Shown here: one piece after another, positions 1 through 10,100 of the stretch
How positions within the stretch are numbered: position 1 is the first letter of the stretch
Layout of the letters: every line of letters begins with the position of its first letter
The notes under the pieces: model-generated
The model's database searches: none
The model's input: only the letters and a program-made list of their open reading frames with translations
Told to the model about the DNA's origin: nothing
Made by a program: the position numbers and the translations under genes
DNA from: Leidyana gryllorum EB-2025a
Taxonomy: Eukaryota > Protista > Apicomplexa
DNA length: 64,000 nt
NCBI GenBank assembly: GCA_048772705.1
Contig: JBLWGC010000081.1
Location: 15,566-79,565 of the forward strand
Direction: 5' to 3'

Positions 1-66
1 GCCGGGACTTGAACCCGGATCGTGCGGGTGAGAGCCGCATATCTTAGCCACTTAGACTACAGTGGA
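1..66 (-). tRNA. trnE: tRNA-Glu(CTC), 3' end cut by window edge
   Basis: rc TCCACTGTAGTCTAAGTGG...CTCTCAC...GGTTCAAGTCCCGGC. Confidence 0.8.
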
Positions 67-224
67 CAACTTCCTCAGCTGTACACCTCCCTCAGCTGCA
101 GCTTTAGCCGAGAGCCGTACCCTCTTGACAAGACGTGCTCTGGTGAATCTACAACAAAGGGGTTGCAGAATCCTGCGGCAGAAAGCGGAGGGTCTCTATA
201 CTGACCTCTGAGAGATTGTCGCTG

Positions 225-296
225 GGTCTTGTAGCTCGGTCGGCAGACGTGTGGCTGTTAACCACAAACCCGCCGGTTCGAAACCTGCCAGGACCG
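225..296 (+). pseudogene. trnN: tRNA-Asn(GTT), degenerate D/T arms
   Basis: GGTCTTG...CTGTTAA...CAGGACCG with a D-stem deletion and substitutions. Confidence 0.7.
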
Positions 297-414
297 GTTT
301 TAGAGGCACCCTAGACACTGACTGCGCTGCTCTCCCAATGGCACTTGTGGTCTGCGACCCTTCAAAGATGTAAGGTTGGGTTTGGCTCCCGCCACGTACA
401 GCCGTAGCGTACTT

Positions 415-487
415 TGGACGACCTGGGCCTCGATCCCAGTACCTCTCGCATGCTAAGCGAGCGCTCTACCATTTGAGCTAGTCGCCC
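415..487 (-). tRNA. trnA: tRNA-Ala(AGC)
   Basis: GGGCGAC/GTCGTCC acceptor with G3-U70, loop TTAGCAT. Confidence 0.85.
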
Positions 488-570
488 ATTGAGCAAACCC
501 CAGTACATCCAGTTCTTTTTTACATGGTATGACCAGTCTCTCCACTTTGCACAAACGAAGCCACGCAGGA

Positions 571-643
571 AACGGCTGGAGGGACCCGAATCCTCAACCT
601 TCGCTTTAGGAGGTCAACGCGCTATGCATTGCGGCACAACCGC
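571..643 (-). pseudogene. trnR: tRNA-Arg(CCT), degenerate
   Basis: Several substitutions relative to the intact copy at 24959-25031. Confidence 0.7.
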
Positions 644-723
644 ATTCGCAACCCATCCACCGAGCTGCCCAAGCTGTCTCCTCTTACACCCAACTAGTAT
701 CGAGAGGACCGAAGCTTGTCTAT

Positions 724-796
724 GGTGCGGTGGCCTAATGGATAGGGCATCGGTCTTGGGAACCGGGAGTTGTGGGTTCGAGTCCCATCCGCATCA
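724..796 (+). tRNA. tRNA-Arg(TCG)-type body with TGG anticodon
   Basis: Body matches Arg-TCG copies but loop is CTTGGGA. Confidence 0.75.
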
Positions 797-916
797 TAGC
801 CTCTCACGCGAAAGACGTTCCGCAAGCTTGCTAGCTGTATGGGGAGCCACTGCCGCGCATGTCGAGTTGGAGTGCTCGTGATATGATTTTCCTTCCCTTG
901 GAGAGTGCCTCTGAAA

Positions 917-989
917 CGGTCCTGGCAGGTTTCGAACCTGCGACTTTGTGGTTAACAGCCACACGCTCTGCCGACTGAGCTACAAGACC
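917..989 (-). tRNA. trnN: tRNA-Asn(GTT)
   Basis: Intact cloverleaf, loop CTGTTAA. Confidence 0.92.
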
Positions 990-1122
990 CAGCTACAATG
1001 TTTCAGAGGTTGGTAGAGACACCCTCCTCTTTCTACAACAGGATTCTGCAACCCCTGTGTTGACAGACCACGTCTTGTCAAGAGGGTACGGCTCTCGGCG
1101 AAAGCTGCAGCTGAGGGAGTTG

Positions 1123-1195
1123 TCCACTGTAGTCTAAGTGGCTAGGATATGCGGCTCTCACCCGCACGATCCGGGTTCAAGTCCCGGCAGTGGAA
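1123..1195 (+). tRNA. trnE: tRNA-Glu(CTC)
   Basis: Intact cloverleaf, loop CTCTCAC. Confidence 0.93.
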
Positions 1196-1255
1196 ATCCA
1201 GCTGAGTGTGCTTGTAGGCAACAGTTCCATTCTTACTTCCAGGGAAATAGATCCA

Positions 1256-1328
1256 CACCGCCCGCGGGGCTCGAACCCGCGACTGCGAGATTAAGAGTCT
1301 TGCGCTCTACCGACTGAGCTAGGGCGGC
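1256..1328 (-). tRNA. trnK: tRNA-Lys(CTT)
   Basis: GCCGCCC/GGGCGGT acceptor, loop CTCTTAA; one anticodon-stem mismatch. Confidence 0.85.
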
Positions 1329-1582
1329 AGGAAACCACGGACACAAAACTCGATAGCTTGACATCTAAAGTGGCTTTGGTACCCACCAGCCCCACTCCGA
1401 GTCGTCTAGTGCTTACAAGAGCAAGTTGTGGCGGTGCATACCCAGGCCCAAATCCTGGCTTCGATAGTATGTCCCCGATGTCTCGTGGGAGATGTAGGTG
1501 AAGTTTGTCCGAACCCACGATCGGGCGTAGCTGCCCTCCTCTCTTGATCGCTACACACTTTCATTTGACGGCTCCGTTAGTC

Positions 1583-1660
1583 GGCGCTATGGCCTAATGG
1601 ATATGGCATCGGTCTACGGAACTGGGGATTCTGGGTTCGAGTCCATTAGGCCACCGCACC
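1583..1660 (+). pseudogene. trnR: tRNA-Arg(ACG) truncated at the T-arm and fused to an inverted Arg-TCG 5' end
   Basis: ...GGTTCGAGTCC then ATTAGGCCACCGCACC (rc of Arg-TCG 5' end). Confidence 0.75.
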
Positions 1661-2350
1661 ATAGACAAGCTTCGGTCATCTCGATACTAGTTGGGTGTAA
1701 GAGGAGACAGCTTGGGGCAGCTCGGTGGATGGGTTGCGAATGCGGTTGTGCCGCAATGCATAGCGCGTTGCCCTCCTAAGGCGAAGGTTGAGGATTCGGG
1801 TCAGGAATGGAGATTCAGCACCTTCGAGCGTTTCAGGTCATCTTCAGAGCACCCGCTGCCATCGAAATAACCCGTCTGCGATTCCCGACAGATGCAAAAT
1901 GATAGCATGATGAGTTTGTCGGCGCTTCCGATTCCTACCGTGGGAGTAGCGAGGGTTGAACTCTCGACTTCAGGATTATGAGACCTGCGCGCTACCGACT
2001 GCGCTGCACTCGCTAGTGAAACTTTTCTCGATGCATCTCCTCCCGCCAAAAGGGTGCAGGGGGATGCTCCATCAACAACACACCCGCCTAGTTGGGCCGG
2101 CGCTCGACCGCGAACTTGGAACTTATTAGGCTCACCCTTTTAAGTGGCCGAAAATACGCAGAGTTGAGGTAAACACTCACTGGACCAAGTAGCCGACTGA
2201 TGTGCTCAGCAAAACCACTATGATTGGCCTTTCTCCACCCCGCCAAGCAATCATTCCAGAGCCAAATACTGACATTTAGAAGGAGCTATACCTACATCAC
2301 TAACAGTTCGCACGTGGTCCCCGAGGGAAGGTGAAGTCAGTTACACTCTC

Positions 2351-2432
2351 GGCAAGGTGGCCGAGTGGTTAAGACGGCGGCCTGCTAAGCCGTTGGGTTT
2401 CACCCACGTGAGTTCTAGTCTCAGCGTTGTCC
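2351..2432 (+). pseudogene. trnS: tRNA-Ser(GCT), degenerate
   Basis: Loop CTGCTAA; damaged T-arm and acceptor. Confidence 0.7.
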
Positions 2433-2626
2433 GTGGCACGCGGGGAGAGCGCAACTGCTTCAGAGGATCAACCTCAGATGTTGATTAGTGGCAATTCAAG
2501 CTCTTCAGCTCAGAAGTGCGACTCAGATCCCGGGGTGGTCCAAGGTGACACCCTGGATATCGATCCAATACCGCCGCAAGCAAAGGCACGAGGTTCCCGA
2601 ACCGGTTCCTTGTGTCTCGCAGAAGT

Positions 2627-2700
2627 GGTCGCGGAGCTCAGTCGGTTAGAGCGTGAGCCTAATAAGCTCAAGGTCCCCGGTTCGAGCCCGGGCGTGACCA
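2627..2700 (+). tRNA. trnI: tRNA-Ile(AAT), T8>G
   Basis: GGTCGCG/CGTGACC acceptor, loop CTAATAA. Confidence 0.8.
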
Positions 2701-2877
2701 ACCGAGTGGATCTGTGATACACAGTTGCCTCCGACCCGAAGAAGCCCCAACATTCTACGACGAATACGGATGGAATCAGTTACTAAGTTCGACAGTTGCC
2801 AACTTGCCGAGTGGGGAAGGGGAGACACCAATTCAAGCGTGAATCCCTGGAATGGTGGGAAAACAAACGGTGTCCTG

Positions 2878-2948
2878 TGCATCTGCCGGGAATCGAACCC
2901 GGATCGTCTCGATCGCAACGAGACATTCTACCACTAGACCACAGATGC
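2878..2948 (-). tRNA. tRNA-Gly(GCC)-type body with GCG anticodon
   Basis: Gly body, loop TTGCGAT instead of TTGCCAT. Confidence 0.72.
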
Positions 2949-3068
2949 ATAATATCTTATTGAGCTAGTCGCCCGCTGTGCAGACCTCATAGCATTCCGC
3001 GGTTTTCGCCCTTCATCAGATACCTCTTTCCAGAGACACACGCCCCTTTCACAGTCCGAAAGCTCGGT

Positions 3069-3142
3069 GCAGCCATGGTCTAGTGACTAACGACGTCTGC
3101 TTCACACGCAGAAGGTCCCGAGTTCGATCCTCGGCGGCTGTA
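3069..3142 (+). tRNA. trnV: tRNA-Val(CAC), damaged D-loop
   Basis: Loop TTCACAC. Confidence 0.65.
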
Positions 3143-3302
3143 GCTCGAATACGTGAAGTGAGCTCCACCAAAAGCGAAGAAACGTGCTGTCTCCGAGACA
3201 GGGCATCGAACCCGAGTCGTCCGCGTCTTCAACCCGCCAGTCTTTCCATTCTCGAGATCCCACGGACGGAAAAAGTGTAGAGCGGCGAGCCAAAAACACT
3301 CC

Positions 3303-3382
3303 GGCAAGATGGCCGAGTGGTCTAAGGCGCTGTGCTGATGCCGCAGTCCGAAAGGGCATGGGTTCGAATCCCACTCTTGTCA
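3303..3382 (+). pseudogene. trnL: tRNA-Leu(NAG)-type body with altered loop (CTGATGC)
   Basis: GGCAAGA/TCTTGTC acceptor, long variable arm. Confidence 0.65.
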
Positions 3383-3547
3383 GGTTGCGCCCCATACGGG
3401 AAGAACATGAGGTCTGATTGAGTGATTGCAAAACTCAATTTTTAAGCTGCTGGAGTCAGACGCGTTTTCCGTTGCGCAATGGGCCCACAACCATCCCTCG
3501 TTCCAGATTCATTGCCTTGTGGTCTTCGACCGTTTCAGCCCATCTTC

Positions 3548-3619
3548 AGGGCACGCGCGGAGTTGAACCACGGACTTGCTGATCTGCAGTCAGCTGCTGT
3601 ACCACTGAGCTACGTACCC
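3548..3619 (-). tRNA. trnC: tRNA-Cys(GCA)
   Basis: Loop CTGCAGA, U73; one D-stem mismatch. Confidence 0.82.
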
Positions 3620-4235
3620 ACGGATTGCCCCTCATACTCGCTCAACTCGATTCTGTCTTCTTATTTGAAGCAAAACGGCCGTTATTGTGCACGTGCTTGA
3701 ACAATAACGTGTCACGCATCTGTGGCCTAGACCAGCCCGTCTGATAGTTGTTGACTCAATGCCACGTCTCTCCAAGGTCGCCTAAGATACTCGGCTCCCA
3801 CCCGTACAATCCCGGATGACGTCCAGACCAGCTGAAACAAAATCTGAGTTGCAGCAGTTGTGAGGGCTGGATGCTCCAAGACGGGGAATCTAACCCGGGT
3901 CTTCCGCGTGACAGGGGGAAATACTGACCACTACTTCATCTCGGACGCTCGTCAACACGCCGGCCTTCAGCCTCAGACGTCTTACCAGTTTCGAGATTCC
4001 ACGGACAGGAAACGCGTGGAGCGGCGAGCCAACAACACTCCGGCAACATGGCCGAGTGGTCTGAAGCGGTGTGTTCAGGCCGCAGTTCCAAATCGCCTGG
4101 GCTCGAATCCCACGCTTGTCATGTCACTGTGTTGGTGCGCGCCGCAGTCGAGAGATTGGTCATACTATGTCAAAAACCACGGAATGCTATGAGGTCTGCG
4201 CAGCGGGCGCGGGGACTAGCTCAACAAGGTATTAC

Positions 4236-4306
4236 GCATCTGTGGTCTAGTGGTAGAATGTCTCGTTGCCATCGAGACGACCCGGGTTCGATTCCCGGCA
4301 GATGCA
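4236..4306 (+). tRNA. trnG: tRNA-Gly(GCC)
   Basis: Intact 71-nt cloverleaf. Confidence 0.94.
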
Positions 4307-4647
4307 GAAGACACATGTTTGTTTTAGTGAATCCATTCCAGGGATTCACCGCTTGAGTTGGTGTCTGACCCTTCCAATCACATCGCACGACAACTGCTGG
4401 ATTTGAATCCGCACGCCGACCTGCGTTGCCCGCCTTCAACCTGAGAGTCTTTCCATTCTCGAGATTCCGGGGACGGGAAACGCGTGGAGCGGCCAGCCAA
4501 CAACACTCCGGCAAGAAGGCCGAGTTGTCTGAAGCGCTGTGTTCAGGCCGCAGCCCGAAAGGGCGTGAGCTCGAATCTCGTTCTCGGCAGCCGTTGTATG
4601 GGCGCTTGGTCAGCCACTGAATGCGATAGCCCCTCATCTGTGCGTCT

Positions 4648-4720
4648 GGGCGGCTAGCTCAGATGGTAGAGCGCTCGCTTTGCATGCGAGAGGTACTGAG
4701 ATCGATACCCAGGTCGTCCA
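4648..4720 (+). tRNA. trnA: tRNA-Ala(TGC)
   Basis: Loop TTTGCAT; one T-stem mismatch. Confidence 0.82.
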
Positions 4721-5461
4721 AACTCCATGCAACTTTGGCTGCAGAGAAACGGCTGGAGTGTTTCGTCCAGTGGCTGACCGAGTGCCGATACCATGGCTGA
4801 CAAGCCTGGGATCCGAACCCACGGGGCCCGTTCGGACTGCGACCTGCACACAGGGCCTTCGAGCACCCGGCCATCTTGCCGGGATGTTGTTGGCTCGCCG
4901 CTCCACGCATTTTTCTACCCTGGAATCTCAGAGATGGAAGGACTTTTGGGGTTTCAGGCCGGTGTGTTCGGAGCGTCCGATATATATGGTTAGTATTTCC
5001 GCCTGTCACGCGGAAGACCCGAGTTCGATTCCCGGTCTCGGAGCACAGTTGATCTCGCTTAAGATTGTCTTTTTTGGTGGCCGCTGAAAGTTGCGAGCTA
5101 CAGCCACCGAGGATCGAATTCGGGACCTTCGCGTGTTAAGCAGACGTCGTAACCACTAGATGATGGCTGCATGGATGGTCCCCGCAGCCCAAGAGAAGTG
5201 GCGAAGCTTCAGGGAGTAGTGAGGACCAGTTCAAGGGTCGCGCCGGGATCGAACCCAGGTCGGAAAATGCAAAGTGTCGAGTGCTAACCACCAAGGACGC
5301 AACCGGTTCAGCCCATCCCAGAAGAGTCGGACTAGCGCTTCCTCAACTAGACACATGCAACACGGGTCTTGTATACAGACCCCAGCGTAAAGAGTTGGAT
5401 TCGAGTCGGGCAAAAACCTCAGTTCAATCATTCAACCAGTTGCGCTCTACCCGAATGCTAC

Positions 5462-5541
5462 CGACAAGGGTGAGATTCGAACTCACGGGTGCAACCCAAC
5501 GGCTTAGCAGGCCGCCGCCTTAACCACTCGGCCACCTTGCC
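5462..5541 (-). tRNA. trnS: tRNA-Ser(GCT), shortened variable arm
   Basis: Loop CTGCTAA. Confidence 0.75.
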
Positions 5542-5650
5542 GACGACATCTCTTACTCGCTGGCACTTTTTCACAACGGTTTGGGGTCCTAGTCAAGCTT
5601 GCTGAACCGTATGTGACATCACTGGCCGCAAAATGCCGAGTTCGACAGGT

Positions 5651-5732
5651 GGCAACTTGCCCGAGTGGTTAAGGGGGTAGACTCGAAATCTACTGGGCCT
5701 GGCCCGCGCTGGTTCATATCCAGCAGTTGTCG
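5651..5732 (+). tRNA. trnS: tRNA-Ser(CGA)
   Basis: Loop CTCGAAA, long variable arm, G73. Confidence 0.85.
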
Positions 5733-5808
5733 TGTGATGTGATTGGAGGGTCAGACACCAACTGAAGCATGAATTTCTGGAATGATGGAAAAACAACAAT
5801 GTGTCCTC

Positions 5809-5879
5809 TGCATCTGCCGGGAATCGAACCCGGGTCGTCTCGATGGCAACGAGACATCCTACCAGTAGACCACAGATGC
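5809..5879 (-). tRNA. trnG: tRNA-Gly(GCC)
   Basis: Two D-arm substitutions. Confidence 0.78.
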
Positions 5880-5934
5880 GTGAGACCTCCATTCCTGACC
5901 ACCAAGTAATGAGTCTGGAGCGGGGGATGGTTTT

Positions 5935-6004
5935 GGGCCTATGGCCAACGTACCGCGTCTGACTCCAGATCAGAAGGTTGGGTTTTCGAATCACTATGGG
6001 CTCA
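5935..6004 (+). pseudogene. trnW: tRNA-Trp(CCA), degenerate
   Basis: Loop CTCCAGA, D-arm deletions; the same lesions recur near 34580 and 62695. Confidence 0.72.
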
Positions 6005-6778
6005 ATCAGACTCTTTTGTTTTTCCCGTGTGAGGCTCAACCTGAAAAGAGTGGGATTTGGACCCACGCCCTTTCGAACTGCGACTTGAATACAGCGCCTA
6101 GACCCCTCAGCCATCTTATCAGCTCGGTTCCTGTCCCGCTACTCCAAGCGCTCCCCGTCTGTTGAAGCTAGAAAATGGAAAAGCTGGGCTCTGAGGTTAG
6201 GCCGTGCCTCCGACATGGTATCAAAGTTATATTTCCGCCTGCCACGCCAACTATCGGGTGGGTACGAGCTCTGAACGCATTCATTTCCAATCCCAATGGC
6301 TTCATACACTCTTTTATTTCTTGGTCGTGAATGGGTTAGCACTGGAGGCTATGAATCTCCCGAGCTGGGTTCGATTCCCGGCGCGACTTCGCAACTAGTT
6401 CTACTTCTTGAAACTTCGCAACTTCTCTTGGTTTCCGCAAAGCTTTCGTGCAGTCATGGTCTAGTGGTTATCTGCTTAACACGCAGAAGGTCCCGAGTTC
6501 GATCCCAGGTGGCTGTAGCTCACAACTTTCAGCGAGAACCAAAGGAGAGAATCTCAAGGGAAACCAACTGTGCTCCGAGACCGCGAAGCGAACCCCGGTC
6601 TTCCGCGGGACAGGCAGAAATACTAACCACTAGACTATCTCGGACGCCCTGAACACGCCGGCCTCCAACCCCAAGAGTCCTTCCATTTTGTTGTGCAGAC
6701 CCCCTCGCATTTTGTTGATTCTCAACATAGTATGACCACTCTCGCGACTGTGCTCACCGCGTTGCACGACCGACAGGC

Positions 6779-6850
6779 GGCTGTTTGGTCTAGTGGTATG
6801 ATTCTTCCTTCGGGTGGAAGAAGTCCTGGGTTCGATTCCTAGAACGGCCC
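6779..6850 (+). tRNA. trnP: tRNA-Pro(CGG)
   Basis: Loop TTCGGGT. Confidence 0.83.
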
Positions 6851-6931
6851 CGTTGGTTGTCGGCTGACCCGACGCTCCACCTCAGATCAAGAGGGTACGG
6901 CTCTCGGCTAAAGCTGCAGCTGAGGGAGTTG

Positions 6932-7004
6932 TCCACTGTAGTCTAAGTGGCTAGGATATGCGGCTTTCACCCGCACGATCCGGGTTCAAGTCCCGGCAGT
7001 GGAA
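6932..7004 (+). tRNA. trnE: tRNA-Glu(TTC)
   Basis: Intact, loop CTTTCAC. Confidence 0.93.
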
Positions 7005-7080
7005 GTCGTTGGACCAGTCGAGCAAAGTGCTCCAGTAACCTCCGTCAATAGTGACTGATTCGTGATCTTTGGCTTGCATT

Positions 7081-7152
7081 GCCTTCTTAGCTTAGGGGCA
7101 GAGCATTCGCTTAGTAAGCGAAAGGTCGCCGGTTCGATTCCGGCAGAAGGCT
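7081..7152 (+). tRNA. trnT: tRNA-Thr(AGT)
   Basis: GCCTTCT/AGAAGGC acceptor, loop TTAGTAA. Confidence 0.92.
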
Positions 7153-7504
7153 CGACTGCATCGAATGGGCACCTGCAAGCTTATCGCAACTCCAATCATC
7201 GTAGCTGAGCCTCGTAGCTCAGCCATCAGAGTGTAAGTCTCTTAGCCACGAAGCCGCAGGTTTGGAACCTGCCAGTATCTGACGCACCCACAGCGCTCTG
7301 TTTGATCCAGTTATATATTCTTCCTTTGGGTGGAAGAAGTCCTGGGTTCGATTCCCAGAACAGCCCGTCTGATAGTTGTTGACTCAATGCCACGTCTCTC
7401 CAAGGTCGGTTTCTATACGCGGCTCCCACTCGTACAATCCCGGATGAAGTCCAGACCAGCTGAGACAAAATCTGAGTTGCAGCAGTTGTGAGGGGCTGGA
7501 ACTG

Positions 7505-7576
7505 CTCCGAGACCGGGAATCGAACCCGGGTCTTCCGCGTGACAGGCGAGAATACTAACCACTATACTATCTCGGA
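7505..7576 (-). tRNA. trnD: tRNA-Asp(GTC)
   Basis: Loop CTGTCAC; minor stem change. Confidence 0.82.
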
Positions 7577-7667
7577 CGCTCTGAACACGCCGGCCTCCAA
7601 TCCCAGAAGTCTTTCTATTTTGGCTCACGGACAAAGACCGCGTGGAGCGACGAACCAACAACACTGC

Positions 7668-7747
7668 GGCAAGATGGCCGAGTGGTCTAGGGCGCTGTGT
7701 TTAGCCCGCAGTCCTAAAGGGCGTGAGTTCGAATCCCACTCTTGTCA
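7668..7747 (+). tRNA. trnL: tRNA-Leu(TAG), several mismatches
   Basis: Loop TTTAGCC. Confidence 0.65.
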
Positions 7748-7803
7748 GCCATTGTATCTGGAATTCGGTCAGCCACTGGATGCAATTCCCATGTTGAACG
7801 CAT

Positions 7804-7876
7804 GGGCGGCTAGCTCAGATGGTGGAGCGATCGCTTTGCATGCGAGAGGTACGGGGATCGATACCCAGGTCGTCCA
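7804..7876 (+). tRNA. trnA: tRNA-Ala(TGC), several mismatches
   Basis: Loop TTTGCAT. Confidence 0.7.
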
Positions 7877-8186
7877 AACTCCGTACGGCGGGATCTGCTG
7901 GTATTTGAATACAGAGTTCCGATCTCTAAGAGAGAGGCGAATGCCGCAACAACTGCCAGGCTTCGAACCTGCGATTTTGTGGTGAACAGCCACACGCTTT
8001 GCCGACTGAGCTACAAGACTCAGTTGCGATGTTCTTCTGTCATACCTTCAGACTAAACAGCTGCTACGGCACTCATGTGTGTCAAATCACTCCGAATATC
8101 AAGAAACACATTTCCGCTTCCTTCATGATATCCGACGCTCAAGCGCGGTAAGTGCTTATTTTCACCGCCTTCCATGACTACCTACC

Positions 8187-8259
8187 GCCTCGGTAGCTCA
8201 GTTGGGAGAGCGCCAGACTGAAGATCTGGAAGTCCCGTGTTCGATCCACGGCCGAGGCA
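8187..8259 (+). tRNA. trnF: tRNA-Phe(GAA)
   Basis: Intact, GCCTCGG/CCGAGGC acceptor, loop CTGAAGA. Confidence 0.94.
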
Positions 8260-8368
8260 AGAGGTTGTGACATTCGGTGTCATTCCTCGCACCCGTGCGA
8301 GCCTTCTGCCCTCCATCAGATACCTGTTTCCAGAGACACACGCCGCTTTCACAGTCCGGAAGCTCCGT

Positions 8369-8441
8369 GCAGCCATGGTCTAGTGCTTACGACGTCTGCT
8401 TGACACGCAGAAGTTCCCGAGTTCGATCCTCGGTGGCTGTA
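8369..8441 (+). tRNA. trnV: tRNA-Val body with GAC anticodon, D-loop GG>GC
   Basis: Loop TTGACAC. Confidence 0.65.
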
Positions 8442-8495
8442 GCTCGCAACTTTCAGCGAGAACCAAAGGAGAGAATCTAAGCGAAACCAACTGTG

Positions 8496-8567
8496 CTCCG
8501 AGACCGGGAATCGAACCCGGATCTTCCGCGTGACAGGCGGAAATACTAACCACTATACTATCTCGGA
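8496..8567 (-). tRNA. trnD: tRNA-Asp(GTC)
   Basis: Near-intact. Confidence 0.9.
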
Positions 8568-8777
8568 CGCTCCGAACACACCGGCCTGAAACCCCAAAAG
8601 TCCTTCCATTTTGAGATTCCAAGGATAGAAAACGCGTGGAGCGGCGAGCCAAAAACGTCCGGTGAAGATGGCCGAGTGGTCTAAGGCGCTGTGCTCAGAC
8701 CGGAGTCCGAAAGGGCGTGGGTTCGAATCCCACTTTTGCCAGGTTGCGCCCTAAACCGGAAAAACATAGAGTCTGTT

Positions 8778-8849
8778 TGAGCCCAGAGTGATTCGAACAC
8801 CCAACCTTCTGATCTGGAGTCAGACGCGCTACCGTTGCGCCATAGGCCC
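8778..8849 (-). tRNA. trnW: tRNA-Trp(CCA)
   Basis: Best Trp copy, loop CTCCAGA. Confidence 0.88.
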
Positions 8850-9017
8850 AAAACCATCCCCCGCTCCAGACTCATTTACCGGCAATCGGGCCTGCTTCTT
8901 AGGCGTGACATGCGAAAATAGTAACCACTATGCTATCTCGGACGCTCTGAACACGCCACGGACATTCGTTCAGAAAACGGCCGTTACCGTGTACGAGCTT
9001 CAACAACAAGGTGTCAC

Positions 9018-9088
9018 GCATCTGTGGTCTAGTGGTAGAATGTCTCGTTGCCATCGAGACGACCCGGGTTCGATTCCCGGCAGATGCA
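9018..9088 (+). tRNA. trnG: tRNA-Gly(GCC)
   Basis: Intact. Confidence 0.94.
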
Positions 9089-9163
9089 GAGGACACATGG
9101 TTGCTTTTCCACCATTCAGAAATTCATGCGTGAGTTGGTGTTTAACCCTCCAACCACATCGCA

Positions 9164-9245
9164 CGACAACTGCTGGATTTGAACCAGCGCGGGCCCGGCC
9201 CAGTAGATTTCTAGTCTAACCCCTTAACCACTCGGGCAAGTTGCC
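9164..9245 (-). tRNA. trnS: tRNA-Ser(AGA)
   Basis: Loop CTAGAAA. Confidence 0.85.
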
Positions 9246-9477
9246 GCAGTCGAACTTGGCATTTTGCGGCCAGTGGCTTCAAATACGGTTCAGCAAGCTT
9301 TACTAGGACTGCTCGCGCCGCCCGAACGCGCGGTTCTAACTTCAAAAGTCTTGCGCTCTACCGACGGAGTTGGGGCGGCCAGAAAGCTCGGACTTGGTAA
9401 CAAATTCCAGTCGTATTGATGGTGGAATCTTTCCCAGACGGTTCGGCTCTCGGCCGAAGCCTAAACTCGAGCACTTG

Positions 9478-9550
9478 TCCACTGTAGTCTAAGTGGCTAG
9501 GATATGCGGCTTTCACCCGCACGATCCGGGTTCAAGTCCCGGCAGTGGAA
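9478..9550 (+). tRNA. trnE: tRNA-Glu(TTC)
   Basis: Intact. Confidence 0.93.
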
Positions 9551-9626
9551 GTCATTGAAGTACTCGACCAAAGTGCTCCACTAATCTCCGTCAGTAGCCA
9601 TCGTTTCGTTATCTCCAACTTACATT

Positions 9627-9698
9627 GCCTTCGAAGCTTAGGGGCAGAGCGTTCGCTTCGTAAGCGAGAAGGCGCCGGCTCGATTCCGGCAGAAGGCT
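9627..9698 (+). pseudogene. trnT: tRNA-Thr(CGT), degenerate
   Basis: Loop TTCGTAA; positions 7-8 and T-loop mutated. Confidence 0.7.
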
Positions 9699-9880
9699 TT
9701 GATGCATCGATAGGCTTATAAAGAATGGCTGTCACCAGGTACAAGAGTCAACAGGATCGTGTTCTGCATCTGTGGTCTAGTGGAAGAGTCTCTCGCTGCC
9801 ATCAAGATAACCCGTGTGCGATTCCCGACAGATGGAAAACGATAGCATGATGAGTTTGTCGGCGATTTCGATTCCGACCC

Positions 9881-9953
9881 TGGGAGTGGAGAGGATCGAA
9901 CTCTCGACTTCAGGATTATGAGACCTACGCGCTACCGACTGCGCTACACTCCC
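9881..9953 (-). tRNA. trnM: tRNA-Met(CAT), elongator
   Basis: Intact, G1-C72, TTCG T-loop. Confidence 0.93.
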
Positions 9954-10028
9954 CCCCGACTGTCTCCGAAGAATCACCCGAACCCAGAACCATGCTGCCA
10001 GGCAGGTTGGGTCAAGATACAACAAAGC

Positions 10029-10100
10029 GGGCTGTTCTGGGAATCGAACCCAGCACTCCTTCCACCCTAAGGAAGGATCATACCACTAGACCAAACAGCT
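10029..10100 (-). tRNA. trnP: tRNA-Pro(AGG)
   Basis: Loop TTAGGGT. Confidence 0.8.

Larger units (their letters stand above)
583..1802. repeat. ~160 bp inverted duplication (583-742 vs 1642-1802)
   Basis: 1642-1802 is the near-exact reverse complement of 583-742. Confidence 0.85.

Noticed and set aside
7617-7627. ATTTTGGCTCA, matching part of the dinoflagellate spliced leader (also ~32111 and rc ~63950)
   Set aside because: Only 11 nt, inside the Asp-Leu spacer whose other copies read CCATTTTGAGATTCC; no full leader or splice donor follows, so chance is likely.
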